A DNA stretch of 62,934 nt, filler included, from Octopus bimaculoides (Eukaryota): NCBI RefSeq assembly GCF_001194135.2. It is 6 parts of 6 records of this genome, joined end to end, with 100 filler letters (N's around TTAATTAATTAA, not from the genome) between each part and the next. Parts side by side here need not be neighbours in the genome. Positions count along the whole stretch, not along the records: positions 31,377 to 52,456 come from NC_068986.1; 5 more parts are not named here. One strand, given 5' to 3'. Within the stretch, counting starts at the first letter, position 1. Each line of letters starts with the position of its first letter. The notes under the pieces were generated by a model. It had not been told where the DNA came from and made no database searches. It was given only the letters and a program-made list of their open reading frames with translations. Of the stretch, positions 38,834 through 50,129 are shown in pieces. Both the position numbers and the translations under genes were made by a program.

Positions 38834-38871
38834 CTTTGGATTTGTTTTGGTACCTCTGAGATCTCGACCTC
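38834..38871 (-). CDS. SRA/YDG protein exon: (G)GRDLRGTKTNPK
   Basis: ccag|GA...AAG|gtaag; 38 bp, phases 1 and 0 fit both neighbours; matches SRA YTGxGGRDL. Confidence 0.92.
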
Positions 38872-39718
38872 CTGGTAATACGAAGAAGAAAGGATTCAAT
38901 GATAGCAACACAAATGACTTGGTAAAATGTAGAATGGTAGAGTAAAGCTAAGAACTAATGTCACAATATATTCCAGTGGTTGACTGTTTAGATCGCTAGA
39001 CTAGTGGTTAGTGGTCTAAAACACAAGCGCTATCAGTTTGTAGGCGCAGTTACCCCCCACCCCCAGTGGGTTTAAACAAACTGACACTAGATGGTGTTAG
39101 AGTGTGAGATTCTGGCACAACCCCTTAGGACTATCTCTTTCTGCATTGAGACACGAGACTATGAAGATGTAACCTAGCTGTCTCTCCCACACCACACGCC
39201 AGTAGCAGATAGGAGCTAACACACAAAAGACCATGGCCTCCAAGCATCAAACCATTTTCATTTATCATTCAGCTGGTGTATATATGTGTAGCCACATTAA
39301 AGGTATATAAAGTTACAGCCTTGTTTTATGTATTCTTTATACCAGGTTTCCTGTCAAATGATATTACAGCACTGTGCTTCAGCATAGTTTCTGCAGCTGG
39401 ATGCCTTTCCAAACACCAACTACTTTACAGATTACGCTGGGTGCTTTGTTTTTTTTCATGCTAGCTGCACTGGTGAGTTCACTATGCAAGACTGTGAACC
39501 TCCAATAGAAGTAATGTTATGCTAGATGAGGGTTAAAATGTGAGAGAAGGGGCCAAAACAGAACAGGTTTCTTGCTGTAGAGGAGTCACATGGCTAAACA
39601 TATTTTAGAAAAGAAGGTGCGAGTTATCAGGGTGAAGCTGGAAAGAGAGATAAAAGCGTGGTGATGAGGTGTATGGATGGACATTAACTGAATTAGAAAA
39701 GAAGAATGAAAGACCTAC

Positions 39719-39834
39719 CTGCTCCTGTGTATGTGAAGCATTCTCCGAAATCTAAATCATCTTCATAGCCACCTGACAGAGCAATAGAATATGCTCCTTC
39801 TGTTTCACTTCCATGAATACCAGCAACTGTAGGT
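39719..39834 (-). CDS. SRA/YDG protein exon: (R)[38 protein letters not shown]
   Basis: ttcag|A...G|gtagg; AGIHG, [13 protein letters not shown] and FTYTG are SRA methylcytosine-pocket motifs. Confidence 0.95.
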
Positions 39835-40610
39835 CTGAACAAGATGTGCGTGTGTGTATGATTAAGAAAGAAGAAGAGAAACCATCAATAGTAACAGAGT
39901 TGGAAGATGTTGCTGCAAAATAGCAACAAATCCAAACTATTTTTAAACATTTAAAATAGTGTGTGAATGGACAGCATAACGCACAGGACTTCATTCTACC
40001 TCTTGTCCAAATACAGTATTCCTCATTTACGATGCATGAATGCATTCAGATTTCTGGGATTTTATTAATTCTTTAAACTAAGTAAAGCATTTAACAACAG
40101 GAAATTTCAAGAGATTAACACTAAACCCAAGTAACCCCAAAGAATTCCATCGTTCATTATGTTCCCTTAAATAGGTAAGACGCTAATTTTAGTAGGATAA
40201 GAACAGATATATACAGCAAAAGAGATCCAAATAATCTAGAGTAACTTGTAAAATTTTCAAAATTGTAATTGTATTTCTATATAAAAATATCATTCAGATT
40301 CTAATCAGACACAATCAATTAGAACTAAGGCCAATTTAAAAAAGTGACTATTTTATCTTTATTCTAATAATGTATCTAGAACTACATTGTCCAATGTGAC
40401 CAGCTGTTTTTAAGAAAAGAGGATATGATTCAAGGAAAATCTGGTTGCTATCTTTAGCATGTTGAGTGACCACATTAAACAAAAACAATTGATTTAACTG
40501 TCCCATTCTTATTCTCTCTAAGTTCACTAAACAAGCATATTTGGCCCAAATATGTGTGAATTAGTAACTGAAATTCTCACTCTTCCAAGTATGACAATCA
40601 AGTAACTTAC

Positions 40611-40671
40611 CTGTGGATTCCAGCATAGCTACACTCCACTCGAGACTGCCACCAGGTACCAACTTCTACAC
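40611..40671 (-). CDS. SRA/YDG protein exon: (G)VEVGTWWQSRVECSYAGIH(R)
   Basis: acag|GT...AG|gtaagt; homologous to the UHRF1 SRA start G.PVG..W..R...S..GVHR. Confidence 0.93.
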
Positions 40672-40904
40672 CTGTCGGATACAAGAAACGTGATAAATTT
40701 TATTGACAAGGTTGGTAATAAATAAAAGCTATTATTTATTAAAGAATACATATTTATGTCACTCTTTGACTGATTTCACTTATTGGACTGCAACCATGCT
40801 GAGAAACAACCATCAAAGGTGTTGGTCACTTACACTGACTCTAGAATTTTACTTCTTGATAATTTTGTAACAAGAAAAAGTAAAATTGACCGAGGCATTA
40901 AGGG

Positions 40905-41337
40905 ATGCATAGGCCACAGGATATGGTCTCACTTGGCTTGCCGGGTCTTCTCGAGCACAGTATATTTCCAAAGGTCTTGGTCACTTGTCATTGCCTCGGT
41001 GAGGCCTAATGTTTGAAGGTCGTGCTTCACCACCTCATCCCAGGTCTTCCTGGGTCTACCTCTTCCACAGGTTCCCTCTACTGCTAGGGTGTGACACTTT
41101 TTCACACAGCTATCCTCATCCATTCGTACCACATGACTATACCAGCACAGTCATCTCCCTTGCACACCACATCTGGTGCTTCTTAGGTCCAACTTTTCTC
41201 TCAAGGTACTTACACTCTGTCGAGTATGCACACTGACATTACACATCCAGCAGAGCATACTGGCTTCGTTCCTTGCAAGCTTATGCATGTCCTCAGCAGT
41301 CATGGCCCATGTTTCACTGCCATGTAGCATGGCTGTT
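40905..41337 (-). mobile_element. RTE LINE 3' fragment
   Basis: AMLHGSETWAMT..LCWYSHVVRMDEDSCVKKC..VEGTCGRGRPRKTWDEVVKHDL. Confidence 0.9.
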
Positions 41338-41973
41338 TGTGAAATTTTGAATTTAGTTCACGGACCCCTAGTACTACCTCTGTGGATGACCAGAGGTCCA
41401 CGGACCCCAGGTTGGGAACCACTGATCTAGGAAGACAATAACTTTGAATAATAAGAATACACAGAAAGTAATGGGGATAGAATAAAATATAATTTGTTCA
41501 TGTCTATGTGTGAAATGAATGGAATACTTCAACACCTACCCAACTTATGCAGACATGGAATTAAAAAAATCATTGTTTTATTGCTCTCTTTTCCATGCTT
41601 GCAACCATCAAATTAAATTCATTGAGGCAGATTTTCTATGACTAGATTCCCTTCCTGTTATGAACTGCCTAAGGAAGGTATATATATCTCCATGCTCAGA
41701 TATGTTTTCAGGGAAGACTGGCAACGAAGGACACTGCTTGTATGATGGTTGGGAAGCAAGTTCCTCAAAATCACAGCAATACTTGCACCTACAAGCCACA
41801 CAGGTGCATGAATAAAGAGACACCTGTCCAAACCGTCATTTGCTGTGGGATTTAACCCAGAATCACTGATTCTGAAATGGAACTTCTTAAACCTACAGAG
41901 ACATCTAAGGAAAGCTATGACAATGACAGAAGCTACACAGAGTATTGTTATTAGCAAGGATAAGAAACCTCAC

Positions 41974-42076
41974 CTTCAATTGAACCAAATGTATTTTCTC
42001 GAAACTGAGGAATTCTTTTAGCTGGAGACGGTTTATCCTCATCAAGGAGTTCAATGAAATTGTTTTCAGATGGTTT
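41974..42076 (-). CDS. SRA/YDG protein exon: KPSENNFIELLDEDKPSPAKRIPQFRENTFGSIE(G)
   Basis: ttttttctag|AAA...G|gtgag; FGSIEG joins into the SRA start motif FGxIxG. Confidence 0.88.
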
Positions 42077-42373
42077 CTAGAAAAAACAAGAAAATTGTTA
42101 AAATTAGGGGCAGGGGGAAATCTGTAAAAAAATGTTACCATTAGCACAGTGAAGTTGCTGAAGACTTGTTATTTAGAGTTGTGTTTCTGACTTTTCGGTT
42201 CCTTAAATGGTTTAATCAGGACAGACTTCTGCATATGACCTTTGCAGAGCCTCCAAGACTGGCAGATAGCAAAATTAATGCACTTCAGTTTAAATGAACA
42301 ATCATCACTTTAACCCCCACCACCTTTTTTAACCATATTTCTGTTGAAATTCAATTAATTTTGAAACTTTTAA

Positions 42374-42651
42374 CCCATTACCTACCAGTGATCTCATACG
42401 AGATCACTTAAAAATTACAAATTTTGTAATTATCTGTCAATATTTACACATATCTAACCTTTTTGCTATATCTACTAGGTATATTTCTCTGATATTCAAA
42501 TGAGGTTTGCTAACTTTTCACCCAATATCTCGCTTATTTCTATTTAAAATGTTATTTTGATCATGTCAGCATGTTTCTAAGGCTGTTTTATGCTAGAAAT
42601 CAAAGTTTCATAAAAAAAATTCCAGTTAATAGAATTAGGGGAGGTAATGGG
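42374..42651. mobile_element. piggyBac-like MITE with TTAA target-site duplication
   Basis: ttaa|cccattacct ... aggtaatggg|ttaa (10-bp perfect TIR, CCC/GGG ends). Confidence 0.7.
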
Positions 42652-42954
42652 TTAAAGAAAGTAGTAAAATAACTATTTTTTAAATTGGGAGCGGGAACAT
42701 AAATCAACATGGAATTTGGATGTACGTTTTAATTTAGATCATATCAACCCTTTAGTTACCATATTTCTGCTAAAATTCACTGCTTTTGTTTCAATTAATT
42801 TCAAAAATAAAGAACTTATTAAAATAACTGCCATTATTAAACTGGTGTTTGGAATATAAATAAACATGAAATTTTTATAAGAGGTTTTAATTAAAATCAC
42901 TTAAACCATGAAGTTGGTATCCTAGAACCATAGGTGATCTCAAAAACCAGATTG

Positions 42955-43215
42955 GCATCATCATCATCATTTAGCGTCCATTGTCCATGCTGGCATGGGT
43001 TGGACAGTCTGACCAGGGCTGGTAAGCTGAGAGGCTGCACCAGACTCCAGTCCGATTTGGCATGGTTTCTACAACTGGATGCCCTTCCTAACACCAACCA
43101 CTCCATTCGTGTGACACCAATATCTGCCACAATTTTACTTGGTCCGAAGAGCCTTCTTCTCAAGCACGGCATAATGCCAAAGGTCTTGGTCATTTGACGT
43201 TGTCTCTGCGCAAAT
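42955..43215 (-). mobile_element. Intronic (GAT)n-tailed element
   Basis: catcatcatcatcatttagcgtcc..ccatgctggcatgggttggac..ctggatgcccttcctaacaccaaccac. Confidence 0.8.
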
Positions 43216-43410
43216 CTTTGAAGGCCTTTTTTTTTTGTTAGTAATTAGGTTTATTGTAAAGTTAAAACCCTTTTTTGTCTTAAAACAAAGACATTGTGAC
43301 TGAAGGATGAACTATAAACGAATTCTTGGAAAGCTGATAGGTTTTACTGACTTAGATAACACAAGACCAACATTTTTTCCCAGAAGAATAAACAAAAATT
43401 ATTTTCTTAC

Positions 43411-43560
43411 CTCTCCTCTCAGTCTACAAGAACGTCTCACGGCACCAACACTGATTGAACCTTCATCTGTGGTAGAGGGCACAGATGATCTTTTGGAAGC
43501 CTTTGGTGTCCACTGTGCTTTGCGTTTAATTGGTTTGTGGACCACTTGAAATTTCTCCAG
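43411..43560 (-). CDS. SRA/YDG protein exon: LEKFQVVHKPIKRKAQWTPKASKRSSVPSTTDEGSISVGAVRRSCRLRGE
   Basis: tttccttttag|CTG...GAG|gtaaga; 150 bp, phase 0-0, open. Confidence 0.8.
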
Positions 43561-43649
43561 CTAAAAGGAAAGGACAGAAATGATGACGATGATTCACAAA
43601 ATTTGTTGAAGTGGCTCCTCATTGAACTGCATTTACAAAGGGGCCTGAA

Positions 43650-43921
43650 CCATATATATTATCATCCCCCTGGACTGGTTTGTGCGGGTGGCACATAAAA
43701 GACACCATTTCGAGCGTGGCCGTTTTCGTGCGGGTGACACGTAAAAGCACCCACTACACTCTCTGAGTGGTTGGCGTTAGGAAGGGCATCCAGCTGTAGA
43801 AACTCTGCCAAATCAGACTGGAGCCTGGTGTTGCCATCCGGTTTCACCAGTCCTCAGTCAGATCGTCCAACCCATGCCAGCATGGAAAGCGGACGTTAAA
43901 CGATGATGATGATGATGATGA
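43650..43921 (+). mobile_element. Young intronic (GAT)n-tailed element
   Basis: Near-identical to 31376-31614. Confidence 0.85.
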
Positions 43922-43954
43922 TTATTGTCATTTCAGGTTAAAAATTATACATCA

Positions 43955-44270
43955 GTGCAGGAATAGGTGTCTGGTAAGAAGTTTGCATCACGACCACATG
44001 GTTCCAGGTTCAGTCCCACTGCGTGGCACCTACTATGGCCTCGAGCCAGCCAAAACTTTTTGAGTGGATTAGGTAGATGGAAACTGAAAGAAGCCCGTCA
44101 TATGTGTGAGTGTGTGCCCTCGCTTTACATCCCTTTAATCTAGTGGTTCAGTGAAAGAGACTGATAGAATAAATACCTAGGACAGAGGTTGATTTATTTG
44201 ACTTAAAAAATTCAAGGTGGTGCCCCAGCATAGCCACAGTCTAATGACTGAAACAAGTAAAAGATAAAAG
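43955..44270 (+). mobile_element. CORE-like composite SINE (internally shortened)
   Basis: ggttcagtcccactgcgtggcacc..ggaaactgaaagaagcccgtc..aatgactgaaacaagtaaaag. Confidence 0.75.
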
Positions 44271-44871
44271 ATCCTAAGAAAATCTCTTGCGCAAAAAGTT
44301 GGGAACCTATCTTATTTTGCAGATTTTAATAGTGTGCTGTTGTGGTTGAAAGTGAAAAGTGGACAAGTGCCTACCAAAAATGAAGTCCAGCATGGTTCTA
44401 AATATCATCATAATAATTTAATGTCCACTTTCATGCTGGCATGCGTTGGATGGTTTGACAGGAACTGGCCAGCTGAAGCACTACTCAGGCTTATCAAGTT
44501 ATTTAGACTTTTGAAGCTTTTTAACAAAGCAGGCGGTAAAAAATAAATAATACTCATCCTTGTGCAGACAAAAAGCAATATATAACATGGAATTTTATTT
44601 CATTAAATATAAAGCAAAGGCATGATTTTCATGAGAGAGGAAAAAATAACTTCTCATTAGAGAATTAAAAATAAGAAGGATGTATTTTCTATTTAGCTGA
44701 TGAGGTCTAATAGCATCGGAACATAGAATTACCTCCCATGATCGTCAAGAGAGAAAATATTTAATGACCACACTAGAATTGTTCTAGTTAGCTCCGCCCT
44801 GCATTAAATATCAACACTAACTTTACTACTTTATATTTGGCGACTTTCTCATCTGGATATGTATGGTTTAC

Positions 44872-45018
44872 TTGCAAAACAACTGTTTCGAATCGACAAC
44901 ACGTAGTCGCTCGAACAGCTAAAAAGATCTCCAAAATTACGACTCCTGTAGAAGATAAAAATTTAGAAAACACGCGGAAGAAAATTTGAAGTGGGACGAA
45001 TGAAATGGAGGCCCCCAT
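44872..45018 (-). CDS. Candidate first coding exon of the SRA gene (MGASISF...VVLQ)
   Basis: ATG at 45018 is open to a phase-0 donor CAA|gtaaac compatible with the next exon; no recognisable homology, so it may instead be 5' UTR. Confidence 0.35.
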
Positions 45019-45019
45019 A

Positions 45020-45166
45020 ACGATAGCCAGCGCTTCCTGGCGGAAAACAGATTTTACTAATTTTCTAGGAACGATAACTCTCTAAACAATGGATTATTTA
45101 TCACACTGCCAGCAACCGTGTTCACCGGAATTGGATGTTATATATATATATATGATGAGGAAACAG
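45020..45166. promoter_or_regulatory. Candidate bidirectional promoter and plus-strand non-coding first exon
   Basis: CpG-containing; cttcctggcggaa and caccggaa ETS-like motifs; plus-strand donor cag|gtatgt at 45166/45167. Confidence 0.45.
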
Positions 45167-46679
45167 GTATGTGGCGAAATTATATCGGTCTCTCTCTCTC
45201 TCTCTCTCCCCACCTCTGTTAAGCTAGTGAACTAATCTCAGTTAAGAACGAGGCCCTACATGTAAATATACGTGTGTATGTATGTATGTGAAAAGATGGA
45301 ATTAAAGCCCCGAGCGAGCCGAGAGCAGCATCTCGACTCCTGTTCCTGATTTGTTTTTAACTAAATGTTATATCGTATTGTTAATGGCCCTTAGTAACAG
45401 CATGAGACGCTATTTCATGTCTCTTCTGCCAGTCTTCTTTTGTGTAATCTTTCTCCTCGGCCCACTTTAATCCCCGTTTGTCTTTTAGAAGCATTTATCA
45501 ATCGCTGACACCTTTAAGTGATACATTATTGTGAGTCGGTAACAATCCGGATATTAAAAAAATATATTAGTTGAAAAGCCATAAATTGAAGCCGGAAAGG
45601 AACGCATGCTGGAAAGATTAACTAAACATTATGTGGTATTATCGAGGACTAACAGCTTAACATCTTTCATTACAGAAAACTTTCTGAAGGAAGGAGGGAA
45701 CGAACGTGTGGCTTTGGAATATTTTTTCAATTCTAAGAAGTAAAAAAGGAGAGCGGAAGTACATGAGAATCACTAAAGATTCTCAGCTTTAAAACAATCG
45801 GAAAACGAGCCACCGAGGAAATCTTTTCATAGTTACTCGGTCTGCTAGAAAGAGTAGCCAGACCTTCCTCGAATCATACATGTTTGAAGCATTTTTGTTT
45901 CTGTAAGGATCGCCTGTCAAAAAGATGATTGTGGAAGAGAGTTAATTTAAAAGACTTGCCCACCATTTCTAGCAGACGTGTTGTCACATGGAGCATGTAT
46001 TAATAACACAAGTTCCATGTGGGAATTTTAAGAGAAAAGGGTTGTGCCGACACTGGTTCCAATGAAAGTGTTTTTTTCAACGTGGAACCATTTTCTGAGT
46101 GGAATACAAACTGTTCTGCCCAAGCAACCACAAAAACAACCAAACTTTAAGAAGATGCTTTGGACGTAGGGAAGTTCCGCTGGCATCTCCCAGCATTAAA
46201 CAAAAATAGTCGAAGGACACAAATTTAACTTCGTTATAACAATAATTAGCCATACCTACACAAGAGTATCCACTGTCTTTGTTTTCTGAGGCATACCAAG
46301 TTTACCTATACTTAATGTATACGCGTTCTCAGATTAAAAAAATATATATATATATTTAAAGCTCGCTGCATAATCACAAAATTCCACGTTCGATCCCAGA
46401 ATGTGGGGCAAATGGCTTCTGCTCTCATTTCGGTTCCACGTAAATACCTTGTTATGAATGAAGTTTAGTAGAAGAAACAATGCAGAAAACTGTAGCGTGG
46501 AAGCACCGGTATATAAAAAAAAAAAAAAGTCGGTGCTCTCTATGTTGTCACATCGTGCCATAACTTAGCGGGTCAGCAAATAAATCTTTGAACTCCAATA
46601 ACAAACTAGGGAACAAATCCTCATTTTGCGTTTGATTTTCCAAACTTAACATTTCGCCACTAGATTCCAGTCCTTTGCT

Positions 46680-47100
46680 GAATTTGTAGGATCCAGCTTC
46701 CTAAGATCAACTTACATCATTTCTTTCTATGCCTAAACCCTTCCACAGGTTCTTTCCGCTTCAAATTTCTTGTCACTTCTTTATCCGACTCATCATCCGA
46801 AAGCAGCATACGTCCTTACCACCTCAAATCCTCTCTATTGTACGCAACATCTGATTCCTCACCCACCTCTTCCTCTAGGGTATGTGCGCTGCATTTCTTT
46901 TTACCTTTCGCACAACCCCCATATTCATTGCCTAGGTTTTATTACCATGCAACATCGCACCAAGTGCCACACAATTTGCTCTTTACCCCTACCGCCATCC
47001 CCCAACAGAGGCAACTTTTCTCATTACATTCTCCCTTTGGTCACTCTGCTTTTGCGGTACCTGCCAACCCAAACAATTTCATAGGTGCTCTTAAAAGTCG
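46680..47100 (-). mobile_element. Highly degenerate RTE 3' fragment
   Basis: TLEEEVG..AYNREDLRW*GRMLLSDDES aligns loosely with the RTE LRW.GHV.RMD..S motif seen at 41130-41220. Confidence 0.4.
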
Positions 47101-47944
47101 TCTGCCAGTCTGCTTGTGATTTCCAATTCATATCTTGCCCAAAGTTTACATTGGACAGGCTGTATGGATTTACTACACATTACATATAAAGTATAGTGGC
47201 TACTTCTCCGATTGCCGGGAATCTTTTCGATATTGACACATTTGTCTTAATTTTCGATTCTAACCTTATATACGGAGCTTTTGTTTTTTTTCTTTTCCTT
47301 ACATTTACATATATGCTCTGAGAGATGGCAGTCACAGACGTGGATGCCTGATTAAGAAGTTAATAATTATATACTACTTGATAAATGAAACTCATTTTTA
47401 AAAAAAATCTTGTCTTCAGATTTCGTGTTGATAAATAGAATTGATTGCTAAGTTGAAATGAAGATTGTTATAGGCAATGGTTTAGCAACACTTTTTTCTA
47501 ACCCATATAATAAAGCATAAAAAAAAAAACCCATCTAAAAGTATTTTGCCCATTTCTTTCATTTCCAATTATTTTTTGTTGATTTTTCAAGTAATCCAAT
47601 AAACTTTATTTTCCATAAATCAATTCCTAAAAATCACTGCATAAATGTTGTGATCCTCTTATTTTACCTAATGTCTTTCATTTTTCCGAAGGTAGTAAGT
47701 TATAGTTTATGGGAGATTTCACTGCTACTCTCAACCAGTTGAACATTCAAGTGGAAATTCCTTTGTTTAGTCCCCACTGAATACTTCCTTCAGGCCATTC
47801 TGGTTGTTAGATTTTGAATTCTTTTCTCAATTGGTTTCGTATTAGTTCACATCTAGACTGATGCAGTACAAGTTACACCTTCATATTGCTTATCTTGTTT
47901 AGACTTGATGAAAAAAACTTTTTCAAAATCAAAATTTTTTTTGT

Positions 47945-48130
47945 TTATCACCATTTAACATCCATTTTCCATGGAGGCATGGGTTGGATGGTTCGACCGG
48001 ATCTGACGAACGAGAGCACTGTATCAAACTCCAATATCAGTATTGGCATAGTTTCTATGGCTGGATGCCCTTTTCTATGCCAACTGCTTTACAGAGTGCG
48101 TTGTGTGCCTTTTCTTGTGGCATCAGTACA
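47945..48130 (-). mobile_element. Diverged (GAT)n-family element
   Basis: catttaacatccattttccatggaggcatgggttggatg..ggctggatgccc. Confidence 0.65.
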
Positions 48131-48450
48131 AGTGAGATCACGAAATAACTTGCAAGACATACGGGAGTGTAGTATTGAGGGAGGTAGCTTTATGCCAGGT
48201 GTCAAAAGGTTGAAATATGAGAAAGACAGAAACAGGGGGTCATGTTCAAGAGAAGATACACGGCTGCCCCCTGTTGGAAAGGCAGGAGAGAGAATAGAGA
48301 CAGAGGATCAGAAAGGGTGGGGGCTATAATCATTTTGCTGCTGCCTGTCAGATGTTGCTCAAAATTAATACAATTGATTTTTCTTACAGATTTATCAAAT
48401 GGCAGTAACAAGGAGTGAAATGAAATAAGAAGAGAAGGAAGTCCATCAAA

Positions 48451-49164
48451 ATGCCTCAGGTTTTACTTGAAGAAACTCACCGAAACCTAACATATCAAGA
48501 AAACAAACACGATGATTTCCTTCTCATTGAAGTGGAAGCAATTCTTCGACACCCAAACCCAGCAAAAATTACACTGTCCCCACCACTCTTCCCCAAAGGT
48601 GGTGATGTTTACCTTTACAAATCTGGTCCCCATGACCGAAGAGTCAAAGATAAATACTGGTGGGTTAACAGAGGGAACAACTTCCACTCAAAAAGTCAAA
48701 AGCGCCATGCCATTATGAAGACATACTTCAGTCTAAAAGATAGAAATGGCAGCAAGAAAAGTGATTGCCTTAATGGATTCAGGCGCCACATCTACCGCCT
48801 GGCGGATGCAAAAGATGACAGGAGAACATTAATGCTTGTTCACTATCTTGGAGATGAAAAACTACACACAACAATCCCTCATGGTAACAGCAAACACAAA
48901 AAAAGTCAGAATGAGAGTAACAGCCATCAAGTAAAAACAATGCTAAGCAATGACTTGGACACAACAACAATGACCACCTCCTTACAAAATTTGAATGCAG
49001 CTAAAAATGAACTGAGAACCTCTGATGGTGTTGGAAGCCGTGGCAAGATTATAAAGTCGCCAATCAATAACCTGAAGCAACCAAGTTTTACCATTCAAAC
49101 ATTAAAAGACAACAGCAGTTCAGATGATTTGAAAATCTGTTTGGAGAAATTAAAACACAAATCG
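48451..49164 (+). CDS. CG-1 (CAMTA-type)-like DNA-binding domain protein, probable first coding exon (unspliced ORF runs to 49227)
   Basis: 258-codon uninterrupted ORF; ITLSPPLFPKGGDVYLY..KDKYWW..KTYF..FRRHIYRL..LVHYLGDE..PHGNSK parallels CG-1 (P..GS..LY..RKDGY.W..F.RR.YWL..VLVHYL); acceptor ttttcttacag| at 48389, donor TCG|gtaaga at 49164. Confidence 0.8.
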
Positions 49165-50129
49165 GTAAGATTTCTTGTTTCAAATGACCTTTTCGGTTCT
49201 CCAGCAGAACCAAAAAGGTTATTTTAGAGCCTTGCTGAAAATTTGAAGTGCTGTGTTCATTCAAATTTACAATAGATATGCATTTATGCTTATATTCTCC
49301 TCCATCACTGTCTGACCCCCACACATCCCTATTTTCTGATCTACGGGTTTATTGCTATTATCCCCGTTTTTCTTCACCCCCATTCCCTACATTCACTCCT
49401 ACTCCAATCTCTAACCACCTGTTGCTCTCCTCTCAAACTAATGAATTTATCCACCCACCCTACCCAATCTTGTGCATTCCTTCTCTTACACTCACCTTCT
49501 TGTACCTTGAAAGTAGGCACCAACACCCGGTCAGCGCCACCACTGTCCTTTCGGTTTTTTCCACCCACTTTTATACAACATGCAAGGTAGCTATATATCT
49601 CCTCTACAGCAAAGCACCTGTCCTTCTGTCGTGCTAAAACTTGGCATCAAGCCACCTACCCCTGCCTACTGCAGCTCCACTCTGTTAAAGGTTGTTTTCC
49701 TCATTGTCTTCTAAGTTAATTGGCGACCTCACCAGGGTCAGTGTTGCCAAATGGCTGGCATGAAAAAGAGAAACCATACAACTGTCCTCTGGCTTGCTGG
49801 ATGCTGTGAAACCATACAAACCCATCACAGCATGGAAGATGAATGTTGAGTGACAGTGATGATAATTTACATGTAGCTGGTCACCATAGGAACAGAAAGC
49901 AGAAGAAATGTAAACAAATGAAAAACGTTCCACAAAGAACATGCTTAAAAAATGAGAATTGGAAACATTGAGAAAATGGTTATTTCCATAATAGTAAAGC
50001 TAATGGCCAAATGTTGGGTTTTGATTAAGCTTTGAATATTAACCATCTCAGACCTGGGCCCTTGTGTCTAACTTTACCCTCCACCTGGGCTCCTGAACAA
50101 AAAAAAAAAAAAAAGAAAAAAAGGTTGCA

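Noticed and set aside
44734-44740. ATGGGAG|gtaatt as the first coding exon of the SRA gene
   Set aside because: A phase-1 donor joined to the strong acceptor at 43560 gives an early stop.
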